NCBI GenBank assembly: GCA_009859145.1
Contig: VRVR01000005.1
Span: 358,502 to 422,501, forward strand
Source: Andalucia godoyi And28
Lineage: Eukaryota > Protista > Jakobida
Length of the DNA: 64,000 nt
Reading direction: 5' to 3'
Numbering within the stretch: position 1 is the first letter of the stretch; every line of letters begins with the position of its first letter. Of this stretch, positions 11,061 to 22,729 are shown in pieces. Below the pieces are notes generated by a model. That model had not been told where the DNA came from. It worked only from the letters and a program-made list of their open reading frames with translations, and searched no databases. Position numbers and translations under genes: made by a program.

Positions 11061-11375
11061 TGGAATGCAGCAGATTGTAAGAGATCCATGCGGATGCCCA
11101 GCAGCCGAGAGAAGCGCGCAATGAGGAAAAAAAACCGCGAAAAAATAAATAAATAAGTAATAATAAGTAACAGTAATGATAGTGATAATCAAAACAGAAA
11201 CAGAAAACAGCGGATCGGGGATTTTCGTCGGGAAAAGAGAAAAAAGCCAAACGAAGAGGTGTTCGAAAGGCGCCCCAGACAGAAGGGTGTGGGGCTGGTG
11301 GTATCACTGAGGAGGTAGTGGAAAGACAATTTACATCACAAGAACTGAGATGATCTAAAGAACGGCATGTGTCAT

Positions 11376-14057
11376 CTAAACGGAAGTTGAAGAGGGATTT
11401 GGCTTGGGTGGAGGCGGATGCGCAGCATTGGAATGCGTCAGGTTTTCAAACACCTCCTCGAGAGACGTCTTGGAGATACCCCAGTCACTGATGCCGAGGC
11501 TGGAAGTCACCGCATCAAATTTGCGGAATACATCGGCGAGACGGATGGCTCCGTAGGGAATGGAGAAGTGCGATGTCCCGTTCAGGGAATCAACCAACCT
11601 TGCGCCTGCAAAGGAGCTGAGGACGAACTGGCGCAGACGCGGTTCGTTAACCGAAGCATTCGAGACAGTGGTGGCCAATCGGTACCCTTCGCCATACGTT
11701 GTTTTCAAGTGTTCCGCATGACCAATTGCAACAAGCTTGCCGTGGTTCATGATGGCGATACGATCTGAAAGTGCATCGGCCTCTTCCATGGAATGGGTCG
11801 TTAAAACCAGGGCTCGACCGGGTTTGGCTGCCTGAATCACGTCCCACAATTCTCGACGCGAGTGCGGATCCAGCCCGGTAGTCGGTTCATCCAGAAACAC
11901 AATCTTTGGATCTCCAATGAGCGACATTGCAACCGACAAGCGACGCCGCATTCCTCCCGAGTAACCACTGGTGTGGACATTCGCAAAGTCGGAAAGATTG
12001 ACCTTTTTGAGCAAATCGTCCACTCCTTCAAACAGTTTCTTGCCCTTCAGTCCCTTGAGACGTCCGTAAAAGATCAGGTGTTCTCGTCCCGTCTGGTTCG
12101 GCCACAAAATGTCAAACTGCGGGCAGACTCCCATGAACGAATAGATGGTTTCCATCTCTGTTGCTACATCGTATCCACCGAGGTAGGCTTCTCCAGAGGT
12201 GATCGTATGGAGACCGCAAAGCATGGAAATCAAGGTAGTCTTTCCAGCTCCGTTGTGTCCAAGCATGCCTAGCAAGCTGTTCTCAGGGATCGCAAGCGAA
12301 ACATTATCAACCGCAGTAATGTCGCGGACGTCCGTCACAAAGCGCTTCACGATGTTGTGCACAACAATTCCACGGAATTCTTCGTTGACATTGGAAGTCG
12401 AGGAGCGTGTCCCTCCACTGCCAGTGCTAGAAACCGACTTTCTTGGGGACTGCATCTCAACCTCCCCAGCACCACCCGCGGCCGTTCGATTGGAATCAGC
12501 AGCCGCAGAAGTGCCTACTACCCCGGCAGCCTTCATCTGCGAAATGATGCGATCCACTCTGCGACGCTCCTGAAGAACATCTGCCGATGCAGCTTCCTTT
12601 TCACCCTTTGTGACTGCAGCTGCCGACTCCTTTTCAAGTTTCAGCGCACGGGCACGGGAGCCAATGTTGAGACGGATTGCAATGGACGGCCAGAATTCAA
12701 TCAAGAAAAACAATACGTACATGACGACTGCCTCTCCGATGAGCATGCCATACACATCATACAACAAGTTTCCGTCCGAGTTTGCGTTCGAAAACGTCAA
12801 ACCAGGCAGCGGATTCGAGGAAGCCAGAGAGAGGTACAGCAGCCCACGGTTCACTGCAAACGTCGGGATGATGGACGGAAGTGTGAGGGACGCCGTCGAG
12901 GTTCCTGGCTCATCCATCAACTGCGAGTTCGTCACTTCGGCAGCGATGCCGGCAATAATAATGTAGAAATACAAGGTGATGGTGGACGATTGCGTCGTCT
13001 TGAACATGGTAGTCGCAAGCAGGGACATTGCAATAACCGTGAAGCCCCATATGATGAACAGGATGATGTACAGCCCGATTTCATTCATGGTGAAGAACCG
13101 CAGCTGGAAAACATTTCCGAACACGACTAACACAATCATCGAGCAGAGGTAGAGAGCCCAATCAAACGCATACTGCACCCACCAATAAACCGACTCACGA
13201 AGACCCATCATGCGCATCATGTTTTTCAGCTTGTACTGCTTCTCAAAAACGACTGCATCTACAAACACGGGCATCAGAAGATGCAAAATCCACGTAATGT
13301 AGATCGTCTGCATGAACACCGCAAAGTCAAAATACGTCTCAAAGGACTTTGACGGCAATCGTTGATACTGGACTACATATTGTGCAGTTCGTGAAAGTCG
13401 GGCTGCAGAGACCTGCACAAACGACCGCATAGCGGAGAACAGCGGTCCCGGAAGGTCCTGGAACTCACTGCCGTCTTCTCTGTCGTCTTCCTGCAGCGAC
13501 GCATTGTAGTAGATGGTCATGCGCAGACTCGACGAAGCGTTCAGCCCTTCCAAAATGAAGGCAGAAGGAACATTGGTTCCTTCTCCGTACTGCGAATACA
13601 GGAACTGGTCAATCGCGGTCTTGTCTGCAAATTGCTGAAACGGAGGGTAGTTTGGAGCCTGCTGCCCACCAAATCCAAGAAAGACGTTGTTTGAAGTGTA
13701 CAGGTCCAAAAACGACGAAAGGGACGTCGCGTTGGATCCAGACACGAAGGTATACGGAAACGTTTGTCCGCTCCCACCCTTTCTCGGCTGCATGTTAATC
13801 ACACCTGGCAACGGCGAAGGAGAAGGGCGGTCAGCAGTTGAAGTTTGTGAAAGAGATTTTGACAGAAGAGAAACCAGTGCCAGAATCAGCAACAGGAACA
13901 TTGGGAAACAGACTTGGCAGCAGTTGGTCTTTTTCTGACGACGCTGCAAAATCCCTTGCTTTCGAAACAGCGCATTAAACTGGGAAGCTGTTGAGGTCCT
14001 TGCACCTTTCAGTCTAGTCTGTTCTTGCTGCATAGTTTGAGGAGAAACTTTGTTCAT
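11376..14057 (-). CDS. ABC transporter subfamily A, half-size (one TMD plus one NBD)
   Basis: Walker A GHNGAGKTT, ABCA-type GVCPQFDILW, signature YSGGMRRRLS, Walker B VFLDEPTTGLD, HSMEEAD and C-terminal SLEEVF. Confidence 0.92.
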   Translation of the reverse strand: MNKVSPQTMQQEQTRLKGARTSTASQFNALFRKQGILQRRQKKTNCCQVCFPMFLLLILALVSLLSKSLSQTSTADRPSPSPLPGVINMQPRKGGSGQTFPYTFVSGSNATSLSSFLDLYTSNNVFLGFGGQQAPNYPPFQQFADKTAIDQFLYSQYGEGTNVPSAFILEGLNASSSLRMTIYYNASLQEDDREDGSEFQDLPGPLFSAMRSFVQVSAARLSRTAQYVVQYQRLPSKSFETYFDFAVFMQTIYITWILHLLMPVFVDAVVFEKQYKLKNMMRMMGLRESVYWWVQYAFDWALYLCSMIVLVVFGNVFQLRFFTMNEIGLYIILFIIWGFTVIAMSLLATTMFKTTQSSTITLYFYIIIAGIAAEVTNSQLMDEPGTSTASLTLPSIIPTFAVNRGLLYLSLASSNPLPGLTFSNANSDGNLLYDVYGMLIGEAVVMYVLFFLIEFWPSIAIRLNIGSRARALKLEKESAAAVTKGEKEAASADVLQERRRVDRIISQMKAAGVVGTSAAADSNRTAAGGAGEVEMQSPRKSVSSTGSGGTRSSTSNVNEEFRGIVVHNIVKRFVTDVRDITAVDNVSLAIPENSLLGMLGHNGAGKTTLISMLCGLHTITSGEAYLGGYDVATEMETIYSFMGVCPQFDILWPNQTGREHLIFYGRLKGLKGKKLFEGVDDLLKKVNLSDFANVHTSGYSGGMRRRLSVAMSLIGDPKIVFLDEPTTGLDPHSRRELWDVIQAAKPGRALVLTTHSMEEADALSDRIAIMNHGKLVAIGHAEHLKTTYGEGYRLATTVSNASVNEPRLRQFVLSSFAGARLVDSLNGTSHFSIPYGAIRLADVFRKFDAVTSSLGISDWGISKTSLEEVFENLTHSNAAHPPPPKPNPSSTSV

Positions 14058-15159
14058 CTACTGATCAGCCCCAAACAACAACACGAACCGGAAAAAAGAA
14101 ACCCCAATAATTTTTGGCACTTCACACAATGACTCTTTTGAGACGAAAGAGGAGGAATAAATGGAACACGACAACGACAACAACACAACGAAGAAGAAGA
14201 AGAAGAAGAAGAAGAAGAAGAGCACAGAGCGAACAATGCAAGAAAAACTTGATTTTCGTTTTGAGCTCATCATGCTGATCCTTTTTTGTGTTGGTACGCG
14301 CGCATGCGAGTTCCGAATGTCCTAGTGGAAATGCCGTGCTTGCCGCACAAATAGCAGAATCTTCCGATTTTCCCGATCGGCAAAACAACGCGAATTCCCA
14401 AAGCCAGCAGATCGGTTCCGCCTCGGGCATTTCAACGTCCATCCCGACATCCCTTTTTGGTCACATCGTGCCATTTTGCATCATGCGGCAAAAAAGAAAA
14501 GAAAAGGAAAAAAGAAAAAAGTCTCTCTGCCAACGCCCAAAGGACGAACTTGCCTCGGCAAACGCAAGTCGTTTGGTGCGCGAATCCAAAACTCCAAAGA
14601 AGCCACTGACGAAGATTGACACATAGCACGAGCCGTGAAGATTCGTTGCATTTTTCTGGTCTCTCTGAATGTTGGACGTCGGATGTTTGGAGGTGGTGAT
14701 GATGTTATTCGATATCATGGAATGTTTTTTTAAAAAAATAAAACTACTCTGCTCTTTCCTTGTTAGTTTCTCAAAAAAAAAAGTCGCTCACGTTATCGGT
14801 AAAATGGGAGTCAAATTTTCACCTTTTTCTTCTATCTTTGATTTCCATTCACATGCTGTCCTCTCTCCCCGTCTTTCGTTTCAGTGAAAAGACACGCAGG
14901 AGGGCGAACTGCCGTAAAACAAAATCGATACATATTTGATGCAAACTCGGAATCTGGACTTTCTCTTCTCTTGAATCTGAGGGCTCAGCCGCTTCTCGCC
15001 GACGTTTCGGGATTCAGTTTTCTTAAAATTAAGCTACATGTATGCATACGTACATATTGATTTGTTTGTGTCGTTTCCTTCTTGTTTGTTTATTTAGCCC
15101 GTGCCAAGCTTTTACGCTCTTTTTTAATTTTGGTTGGTGCTGTACTCGAGTATGCCGGG

Positions 15160-18100
15160 ATGATTGAAAAAAAACCTTGGACGAGCGATGTTGCAGGGCT
15201 TTTCAAACAGTATGTCTCCCCTTTCCCCTCTCCCTCACACATATGCACGGACGCATGAATGATGAGATGTTGCGTCTGCTTCATCATCATCATCATCATC
15301 ATCATCATGGTTATCAATGCGCCTCCTCGTTTGAAACACCAACTATTCTCATCTCATTCTGCATTTGCTGTTGTGTTTTTCTTGTTCTACAGAGTATTAA
15401 ACAACAAAGGAAAGAGCCAAGGACGATCCATCACGTATGCTCTCGTGGAGTTGCAGGACCCTATCGATTGCCATGGCTTTCGTATGTCTTTCCCTTTTCC
15501 ACCACGCACTTCCCGTTCTCTGCCCCCGCATCTTGATGCAATGCAGATTCTTCAGTGTCGCGTTCTTGTGGGCTCTCCGCCAGTCAATGATCCATTTTCA
15601 CATTGTTTCTTTTTCTAAACCGTCTTTTTTGTTTTGTTTTGTTTTGTTTTGTTTTGTTTTGTTTTCAAAATCTCGGCAAATGTAGTGTATGCAGACGACA
15701 AGTCTCTGGTTTATGCACAAGGACTGATGGTCAAAGTGGGCGATGCAATTTTGGGCGTCGTAGACGACTTGAATTTCAAGGATCGACCGCTGGCGCTGGA
15801 GATTGTATATAGTATTTTGGGGAAAATGGAGTTTCTTCCTGAGGCATTGGCTACTTCTAAAGAAGGTGGCTGGAAATCAAAGCTTGGACTTTCGAAGGAC
15901 CGTTCCAAAATTGCGAATGCGTACAAAATGCTTCTGTGGAATGCTCTTCATTATGCGCTGCAGAAAGCAAAGGACCCAGTGTCTCGCAATTGGGAACACG
16001 TTTCGTTGTTTACGGCTCAAGTGATGGGACTGGGTTACTATCGAATCCCTGGAATTCAGGAAATGACCACGAGAATGGCGCTTTTCTTGCCCTGCACTGA
16101 CGAGCAGAAACTTTTCTTCTTTGATGTGGAATATATTTTGCAGGATGTCGCAAAGACGACTGCCCACGCGCGGCGATCTTCGATTGCTGCATGTTTGAAG
16201 TCTCTCGAGGGAGTTTCGCTGTCTGCGACTCCGCAACTAGCAGATACCGCAGCCTCGTCGTCGTCGTCAGTTGCAGCGGAAGCGTCGTTCTCTTCGGATA
16301 CAGATCGGTGGCGCAAGTCGGAAAGCAGTCTGGAAGCTGATTTTCGAGAAAGAGTGTTTCGATTTCGCTTGTTTGCAGAACAGCTGGATCAGCCTCGCAA
16401 TTTGAATCAAATCATAGCAGATCTGTCAGGGTCGACGGAATGGATGAAGGACTATTGCAAGTCCAGAGAGTTCTTGTTTTCATTCTACGATGACTTGTCT
16501 GAACAGGCTATCTTGCTCATGGGCGGGAACCCAAAACTAGTGGTTTGGTCTGCCTTTCCGATCTATCGAAATCTTGTTTGTAACTTCTTCGCCCCTGCGA
16601 TGCACAAGAGCCCTGCTCACTATTCTGAAGAATGGTCTGCCGAGTCCGCATATTTTCTTCGCAACCCAGACCTGGTGTTTCCGATGTTTTGGCTGGTAAT
16701 GAAGAACACGAATCTTTTTGATCGTGTGGGGCTCCTTAGGACATTGGATCTTATTGATGGTTGGTTCCATTTTGTCGGAGACTGGAAGATGAAGGTCTCG
16801 TCGTCATTTCCGCTGCCTGCGTTCATATCCATTCTCGATGTCCTTCTTGAAATCTCCCACTATGAAATAGTGTTGCGAACATTGATTCTCATCTTCCATG
16901 CTCTGGACGCCTTCTGTGGGATTCTCCGAATCACGTTCTTCACAGAGTTCATTTTGAAGAAAAATTTTGTGCCGTTGTTTCTCCACTGGAATCGTGAAGT
17001 TTCCATGTGCTACCAGCGGATCTGTGTGTACAAACTTGTTCGAATTACCAAAACATTCCCGAAGAAGAAGAACCTGAAGCGCCCAAATGATGTTTTTGAT
17101 GCTCTTGAATCAGACCTGCCGACGCGGGCAGATAATCTGTTCAGTGCAAGGCCAGCTGAAGTGCAGACGTCGATGCCGGATCTGAACTCTGACATTCGTT
17201 CAGAGCCGTGGTCATCCACTTTCGATGTTGCTGTCCCTCGAACGTCACAAGACGACACTTCTGTTACTGCACCCCAATTCCCGGCGTCCGGCACTGCTGT
17301 TTCTATGAAGGACGGCAAGAAAGATTTGAAGACAAAGATTCTGCGAATCGCCAAACTGGCCAAACGCTCTGACCGCTCCAAGACTCACAACAATTCAGAT
17401 CCGTCTGATCTGCCGGAAACCGTCGAAGAAGTGGATCCCTTGCTGTCCTCATCCGTTGTTAAGATTTTCGGTGAATCCAGCCGTCGATATTCGATCGATG
17501 TCGTGATGGCAAGAAAGTCTGGCTATGCTGTTGAAGTTCCTTCTGAACCATCATTTTTGAAGGGCCCGGTGACATCAGCAGCCCAGAGCGGCACGCAACT
17601 TCGTGCCACCCCTTCCCGTTCTTTGCAGGCATCAAAGCACATATCTTATTTGACACCGGCTTCAGCGTCTCATTCGCAGTTGGATACGTTGGATTCGGGT
17701 GTTTTGGCAGGGTCTTCATCCGCATCTACTTCCAATTTGTTGAGTTCTCGAGACTTTCGCAAGCTGATCCTTAGCAATCTTCCTGTTTCGCATCGTGATG
17801 AAGTGCTGGAGGCTGTGGAGGAACTGGCAAGAGAAGAACGAGACTCCACCATTCCATCATCTTCGAAAAATGGCGCAATTCTCGGTCTGGAAGAGCGCTC
17901 CTCCGACACCATTTTAAAGTGCGTGTTCGAAACGTATGTGCACGCAGTGCGGGAGGTGGTTGCCGGGAAACATTCCCCCTTGATTCCTCTTCAATACGAG
18001 CCGTACTGCCTGCAGGCACTCCAAGATCTCGAGATTGTGTTCAAAGAGTATGACGCGTGGCTGCGATATATACTTGCTTCTGACGACGCTGACATTTACT

Positions 18101-18387
18101 ATCCTCAGCTTTCCTTTCCGCGATTTGTATTGGACGAAAAAGAAGTCGATATTGCTTCTCGAAAATCGGCGCCAACACCCTCCTCCGGCTCCAAGTCATC
18201 TTCGTCATTGTCCGCCAAACCGGTTTCCGTCAACTCGTCTCCTCAGTCTGCAGCACATGGAGGCCCTGACAAGCCGATTCTGACATCTCCACATCCTTCT
18301 CCCAGAACTGCGTCTGCAGCTGCTGGTGGAGAGGTGGTCAGCCGAATGAGGAGTGTAAGCGAGCCGCCAAGGCCTTCTCACACGTAG
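15160..18387 (+). CDS. DUF1765-like hypothetical protein, spliced (probable exons 15160-15209, 15393-15481, 15686-18387; further 5' exons possible)
   Basis: GTATGT donors at 15210 and 15482 and AG acceptors at 15391-15392 and 15684-15685 join in frame. LFLHWNREVSMCYQRICVYKL resembles the DUF1765 core (F-x-H-W-x3-V-R-x-Y-F-x2-L). Confidence 0.55.
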
Positions 18388-18418
18388 ATAGGACGCTTCA
18401 TCATAATTGTTATTCTTC

Positions 18419-18471
<53 letters not shown>

Positions 18472-18911
18472 CAATTTTTTCTCTTTTCCATTAATAATGT
18501 ACTACTACCCTCCAACCCAAACGTTGCCACATTTTTGTCACTCCCACAACTGTCTTAGTCAACCTTCTGTTTTCTTCAAAGACACTCTCCATTCTGCAAT
18601 AGCACCAATCCGATCAGCAATATTGCCCTGGGAGGTTGGCAGATCTGCGCAACAACAGCCAAAATTTTTCAGCTCCTCGCCTTTGGAGCTTGCGCTTACT
18701 ACCGACCGTAGTGGAACATGCCCCCCTCTACCTCGTAGATCATCACAGAGGGAGCGGGCTGGACGAGAGTCCAAAGTTCAGGTTCCTTTCTCCGCTTCCA
18801 TTCCCGTAACCAAGACGCGTTCGTAAAAAGAAGCCACTTGTGTTCTTCTCATTCCGTATGCAGTCGCTTTATCTATATCAAATGTTGGAAAAAGGTGTCT
18901 TCATGTGCATG

Positions 18912-18984
18912 TCGACTATGGTCCAGGTGGTTAAGACGTCGCCCTTTCAAGGCGAACACCCGGGTTCGAGTCCCGGTAGTCGAG
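18912..18984 (+). tRNA. trnE-TTC: tRNA-Glu(TTC), intronless
   Basis: Cloverleaf: acceptor stem TCGACTA/TAGTCGA plus G discriminator, D stem GTC/GAC, anticodon arm TCGCC-CTTTCAA-GGCGA, T arm CCGGG-TTCGAGT-CCCGG. Confidence 0.95.
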
Positions 18985-18990
18985 GATTTC

Positions 18991-18998
18991 TTTTTTTT
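18991..18998 (+). terminator. Pol III oligo-dT terminator of tRNA-Glu
   Basis: T8 run starting 7 nt after the tRNA 3' end. Confidence 0.8.
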
Positions 18999-19125
18999 CC
19001 CCCTCCTGCTTTTGTTTTCTGTTGGAACACATGGAGGGGTGAGATTGTCGTCATTGCGAGTTGCGACTCTGCCTTGTCGTGTGTGGCAACTTCAGTTCCG
19101 CACAGCGTCTGAGCATTACTGCAAG

Positions 19126-22100
19126 ATGGAGACGCTGAACGGTCTGTTTCTGCCAATAGACCAGTGGATCTCTCTGCTGCTGAACGATGATCAGAGCCAA
19201 ACTCTTCTTTCATGGTCCTATGGAAGTGGTGTTTCAAAGCAGGTGTTGATGCAACGGAGGTCTCTCCTTGTCCGAGCGATTCTCGGTTTCCTTGCTTCGT
19301 TTCAAAAGTCAGAACACTGCGACGCAGGACGAATGATGATGATCGATCCGTCCACTCCAGTTGCAGTCGTTCGATGCCCTGGCCGCGTCAACCTCCGGGG
19401 AATGCACATTGATTCACATGGAGGAGCATGCAACGCGATTGCAACAGATAGGGAAACAGTGCTTGTTTTCACTGTGGCTTCCTCTGCGAAACTCGACGCC
19501 GTGCATGTTCCTGCTGCGTTGAGACCGACCACCACCGTGATTCTTTCCAACGGTCGAGACGCCGATGTTTCGTGGTTTCATTGGTTATCTGCGCTTGGAT
19601 CTTCACTTTCTGCAGACTTGGTAAAGCAGGTGGTGCAAAGCCCGTCGCACAGTGTGCCTCCTCACCATGTGTTGTGTGTGGACAAACAGGCATCCGGATC
19701 AGGATTACCCGATCAGGCATCCACGTTTCCTGCGTGGTGCAAATACGTATTTGCTTCAATCAAAGTATTAGAAGACGCGGGATTCTTGTTTCCAGCGTGC
19801 GCGGACCAGCATTCTCCAATGTTAGTGGGACATTTGGAGTCTGATCTGCCAAGCGGCTGTGGGATTTCATCGTCGCATGCATTGCTGATGGTGTTGCTGC
19901 AGTCGCTGGTCGTAACATGCCGATGCGCGTTTGCCAACTCGGACACAACACTGTTTGAAAACACGAGAAACAGGCAGGGATTGGATCGGATTGAGATTCT
20001 GGAGCTTGCAAGAGCGGCCGAGTTCAAGGCAGGAAAAGTCACCGGGCTTGGAGACCAGGGCGCAATGGAATTCTCCAAGGCCTCACAAGTTGTGCATGCC
20101 AACTTCTATCAGGACGATCTGGTCAGCATTGATCCAAGGCATGTGCCGCTTCCTACCGATGAAGTTTCCATCGTTGTTGTGAATTCGCTTACGGAACGGG
20201 ATCTAAGTGGGGATGCAAAGGTTCGATATGCAATACCCAGGTTTGCGTACTCGATCGGTCTTGCGCTGGTGAAGCAAACCGCGCGGCGCATGTGGGGGGC
20301 TGCAGAACTGGACGGTGAGACATCGGGGCATGGTGGACACAAGGAACAGAAGGACGACTGGGCATGGCTGGATCGCCTGTCGAGGATCAGCAGTGCCGAT
20401 GGTCGAATGGCACGATATGGGGGATGGACTGGAGTTTATCAGCTGTTGCGCGCTCTTCCAGCAAGAACAACTGTGGACGAACTTCAGTCGCTGCATCCCG
20501 AGTTGCATGCGGATATCTCACGTGCGGCTTCTTCGTATCTGAACAATATTGGATCCAACATGCTTGATGAAGTCGGTGGAATTGATGTTCGGGGCCCTTT
20601 GCTGTATGGTGTTTCGGAATGTGCTCGATCGGAAAGGTTTTTTGAGCTTCTTCACAGACATGCAGAGGCCTCTGCATCCGCATCATCCGATCATTCCAGC
20701 CACGTCACCAATTACTTGTTGGATGCATGCAGACTCATGTCCATTGGCCATCTCGGCGATTCTATCAAGAGCCCTGCGGTCAACGACGAAATGTTGGAGG
20801 GGCTCATTCAGCGGACATTGCTCATGGAAAAGAGCGATCGCTCTTGTGCGCTGGAACTGCAGCCTGGCAGTTTTGGAGCTTCCACGACGGCCCTGGATGC
20901 CATTCAAGAGCTTTTGATATCCAAAGGAGCTCTTGGAGCGTCGCTCACGGGTGCTGGGTTGGGCGGCGTGGTGGTGGCCCTAGTTCCAAACGACCAAGCT
21001 GAGCGGGTTGTGGAGGATAGCGCTTCTTTTGTCCTTCGTTGCTTCGGCGCGTGCCATCCCGAAGCGAATTCCGACGACCGCCACGTTGTTGCATTCCGCG
21101 TCTTTCCGGTGAACGGCGCCGGATTTGTGCATCCACACATGGCTTCGCTCGCGATCGGGGCAGAAGCTGCACTTCGAGCAAGTTCGCTTCGTCTGCTTCC
21201 TGCTCGCCAGTCTCTTTACCCGCTGCGCTATTCCACGACGGAAGCACTCGAAGCGATTCGTGCATCTCTGCAGACGTCGCCTTTCCCAAGTGCTCTGTTC
21301 TCCGCAGATCATAAGCGCTTTCATGTTGTGGTCACTGGCGGAGCCGGGTTTATTGGCGCTCACGTTTCGCTGTCTTTCGCAGCAGCAGGACATGATGTCA
21401 CGGTCCTTGATGATTGCAACGATTACTATGATCCATTGTTAAAATTTGCAAACTTGTGGATGCTCACCCGGCATCCGAGCGTCCGTTTTCGGTGGTGCGA
21501 CATTCGTTCCGTTGCTTCACTCGAATCTGCTTTGGCAAGCATCCGATCGAATCTGCAAAATGTGGATCTTGTGGTTCATCTTGCTGCTCGTGCTGGTGTT
21601 CGGCCGTCTGTTCAGTTTCCGGAACTCTACAAATCGACAAACGTCACTGGAACGCAGAATGTTTTTGACGCGTGTGTCGCGCGTGGATGTCGTGCATTTG
21701 TTTATGCATCGTCGTCATCGGTGTATGGAGCGAAGCAAGCAGGGCCGTTTCGCGAGGACATGACTCTTTCGACTCCCGAGTCTCCTTACGCAGCGACAAA
21801 GGCAGAGTGCGAAGTGATCTCGAATGCAAGAGCGTATGAGTGCGAACAAGGTGCGTTCATTGGGCTTCGCTTCTTTACTGTGGATGGCCCTATGTTGTGC
21901 GGCGTCCCAGGACGCCCGGACATGGCAATTGCATCTTTCATTCGATCGTTTGAGACCGGCGGTCGAGAAGCTGTCACAATGTACGGAGACGGAGAGTACC
22001 AGAGAGACTTTTCATTTGTGCAGGATATTGTTCAGGGAATCCTGCGTTCTGCGGATCGTGCCTATGTGAATCGTGACCGCAATTTCCACGAAGTCTTTAA

Positions 22101-22569
22101 TCTCGGCGAGCAAGACACCACAACGGTGAAGGCGGTCATCTTGATGATTGCACAAGAGATGGGGCTGCTCTCATCTTGCAATGTCGGGGCCCTCAAGGAC
22201 CTGCCGATCTCCGTGCAGAACGAATTGCTAGCGGATTTGATACAGCGAGGATTGGTAAAGCGGGTACCGCCCCCTGCTGGTGATGTCCCGCTGACCCATG
22301 CATGTATCAACAAGGCAAAGACTGTTCTTGGTTATGCTCCTGCCGTGAAGATCCAAGAAAATGTTCAGCGAACGGTGATGTCACGTCAGAACGGCGTTTG
22401 GTTTTCTGTTGAAACCCGAAAGTCTTTGGAGGCAGTTTTCGACAAGATGCATGGGAAGCCGCTTGACGCCGATCGAGCACTGTTGGCGAAGTCTTGTCTT
22501 CGACGCATGTGTGTGCTGGAACCGGAAGTTGGTTTGTGGCAAGCGGCAGTGTCCCTGCTCAGCCAATAA
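19126..22569 (+). CDS. Fusion protein: GHMP sugar kinase (galacto-/galacturonokinase-like) plus NAD-dependent UDP-glucuronate 4-epimerase-like SDR
   Basis: Kinase motifs PGRVNLRGMHID, SDLPSGCGISSSHAL and GASLTGAGLGG. Epimerase motifs VVVTGGAGFIG, HLAARAGVRPS, YASSSSVYG, SPYAATK (YxxxK) and GRPDMA. One uninterrupted ORF; first plausible ATG is 19126, downstream of the tRNA. Confidence 0.85.
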   Translation: METLNGLFLPIDQWISLLLNDDQSQTLLSWSYGSGVSKQVLMQRRSLLVRAILGFLASFQKSEHCDAGRMMMIDPSTPVAVVRCPGRVNLRGMHIDSHGGACNAIATDRETVLVFTVASSAKLDAVHVPAALRPTTTVILSNGRDADVSWFHWLSALGSSLSADLVKQVVQSPSHSVPPHHVLCVDKQASGSGLPDQASTFPAWCKYVFASIKVLEDAGFLFPACADQHSPMLVGHLESDLPSGCGISSSHALLMVLLQSLVVTCRCAFANSDTTLFENTRNRQGLDRIEILELARAAEFKAGKVTGLGDQGAMEFSKASQVVHANFYQDDLVSIDPRHVPLPTDEVSIVVVNSLTERDLSGDAKVRYAIPRFAYSIGLALVKQTARRMWGAAELDGETSGHGGHKEQKDDWAWLDRLSRISSADGRMARYGGWTGVYQLLRALPARTTVDELQSLHPELHADISRAASSYLNNIGSNMLDEVGGIDVRGPLLYGVSECARSERFFELLHRHAEASASASSDHSSHVTNYLLDACRLMSIGHLGDSIKSPAVNDEMLEGLIQRTLLMEKSDRSCALELQPGSFGASTTALDAIQELLISKGALGASLTGAGLGGVVVALVPNDQAERVVEDSASFVLRCFGACHPEANSDDRHVVAFRVFPVNGAGFVHPHMASLAIGAEAALRASSLRLLPARQSLYPLRYSTTEALEAIRASLQTSPFPSALFSADHKRFHVVVTGGAGFIGAHVSLSFAAAGHDVTVLDDCNDYYDPLLKFANLWMLTRHPSVRFRWCDIRSVASLESALASIRSNLQNVDLVVHLAARAGVRPSVQFPELYKSTNVTGTQNVFDACVARGCRAFVYASSSSVYGAKQAGPFREDMTLSTPESPYAATKAECEVISNARAYECEQGAFIGLRFFTVDGPMLCGVPGRPDMAIASFIRSFETGGREAVTMYGDGEYQRDFSFVQDIVQGILRSADRAYVNRDRNFHEVFNLGEQDTTTVKAVILMIAQEMGLLSSCNVGALKDLPISVQNELLADLIQRGLVKRVPPPAGDVPLTHACINKAKTVLGYAPAVKIQENVQRTVMSRQNGVWFSVETRKSLEAVFDKMHGKPLDADRALLAKSCLRRMCVLEPEVGLWQAAVSLLSQ

Positions 22570-22729
22570 ATAATGGCTTCAAACAACGATGTCAAAAAAA
22601 AGAAGTCAATCACGATCTTTAAAAAATTGAAGATAAAATAATAATAATAAAATACAAAAACAGGAGATTGTTTCGCAAAATCAAACACACATCCTCCTTT
22701 TCATCCCCGGAAACCCCGCGTCTCGCCAA

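Noticed and set aside
18838-19125. N-terminal extension of the 1243-aa ORF
   Set aside because: It starts at a non-ATG codon and runs through the tRNA-Glu gene and its T-tract; the ATG at 19126 is the sensible start.
18912-19126. tRNA-Glu as an integration site for the neighbouring kinase-epimerase fusion
   Set aside because: No duplicated tRNA 3' fragment, integrase or compositional break was seen.
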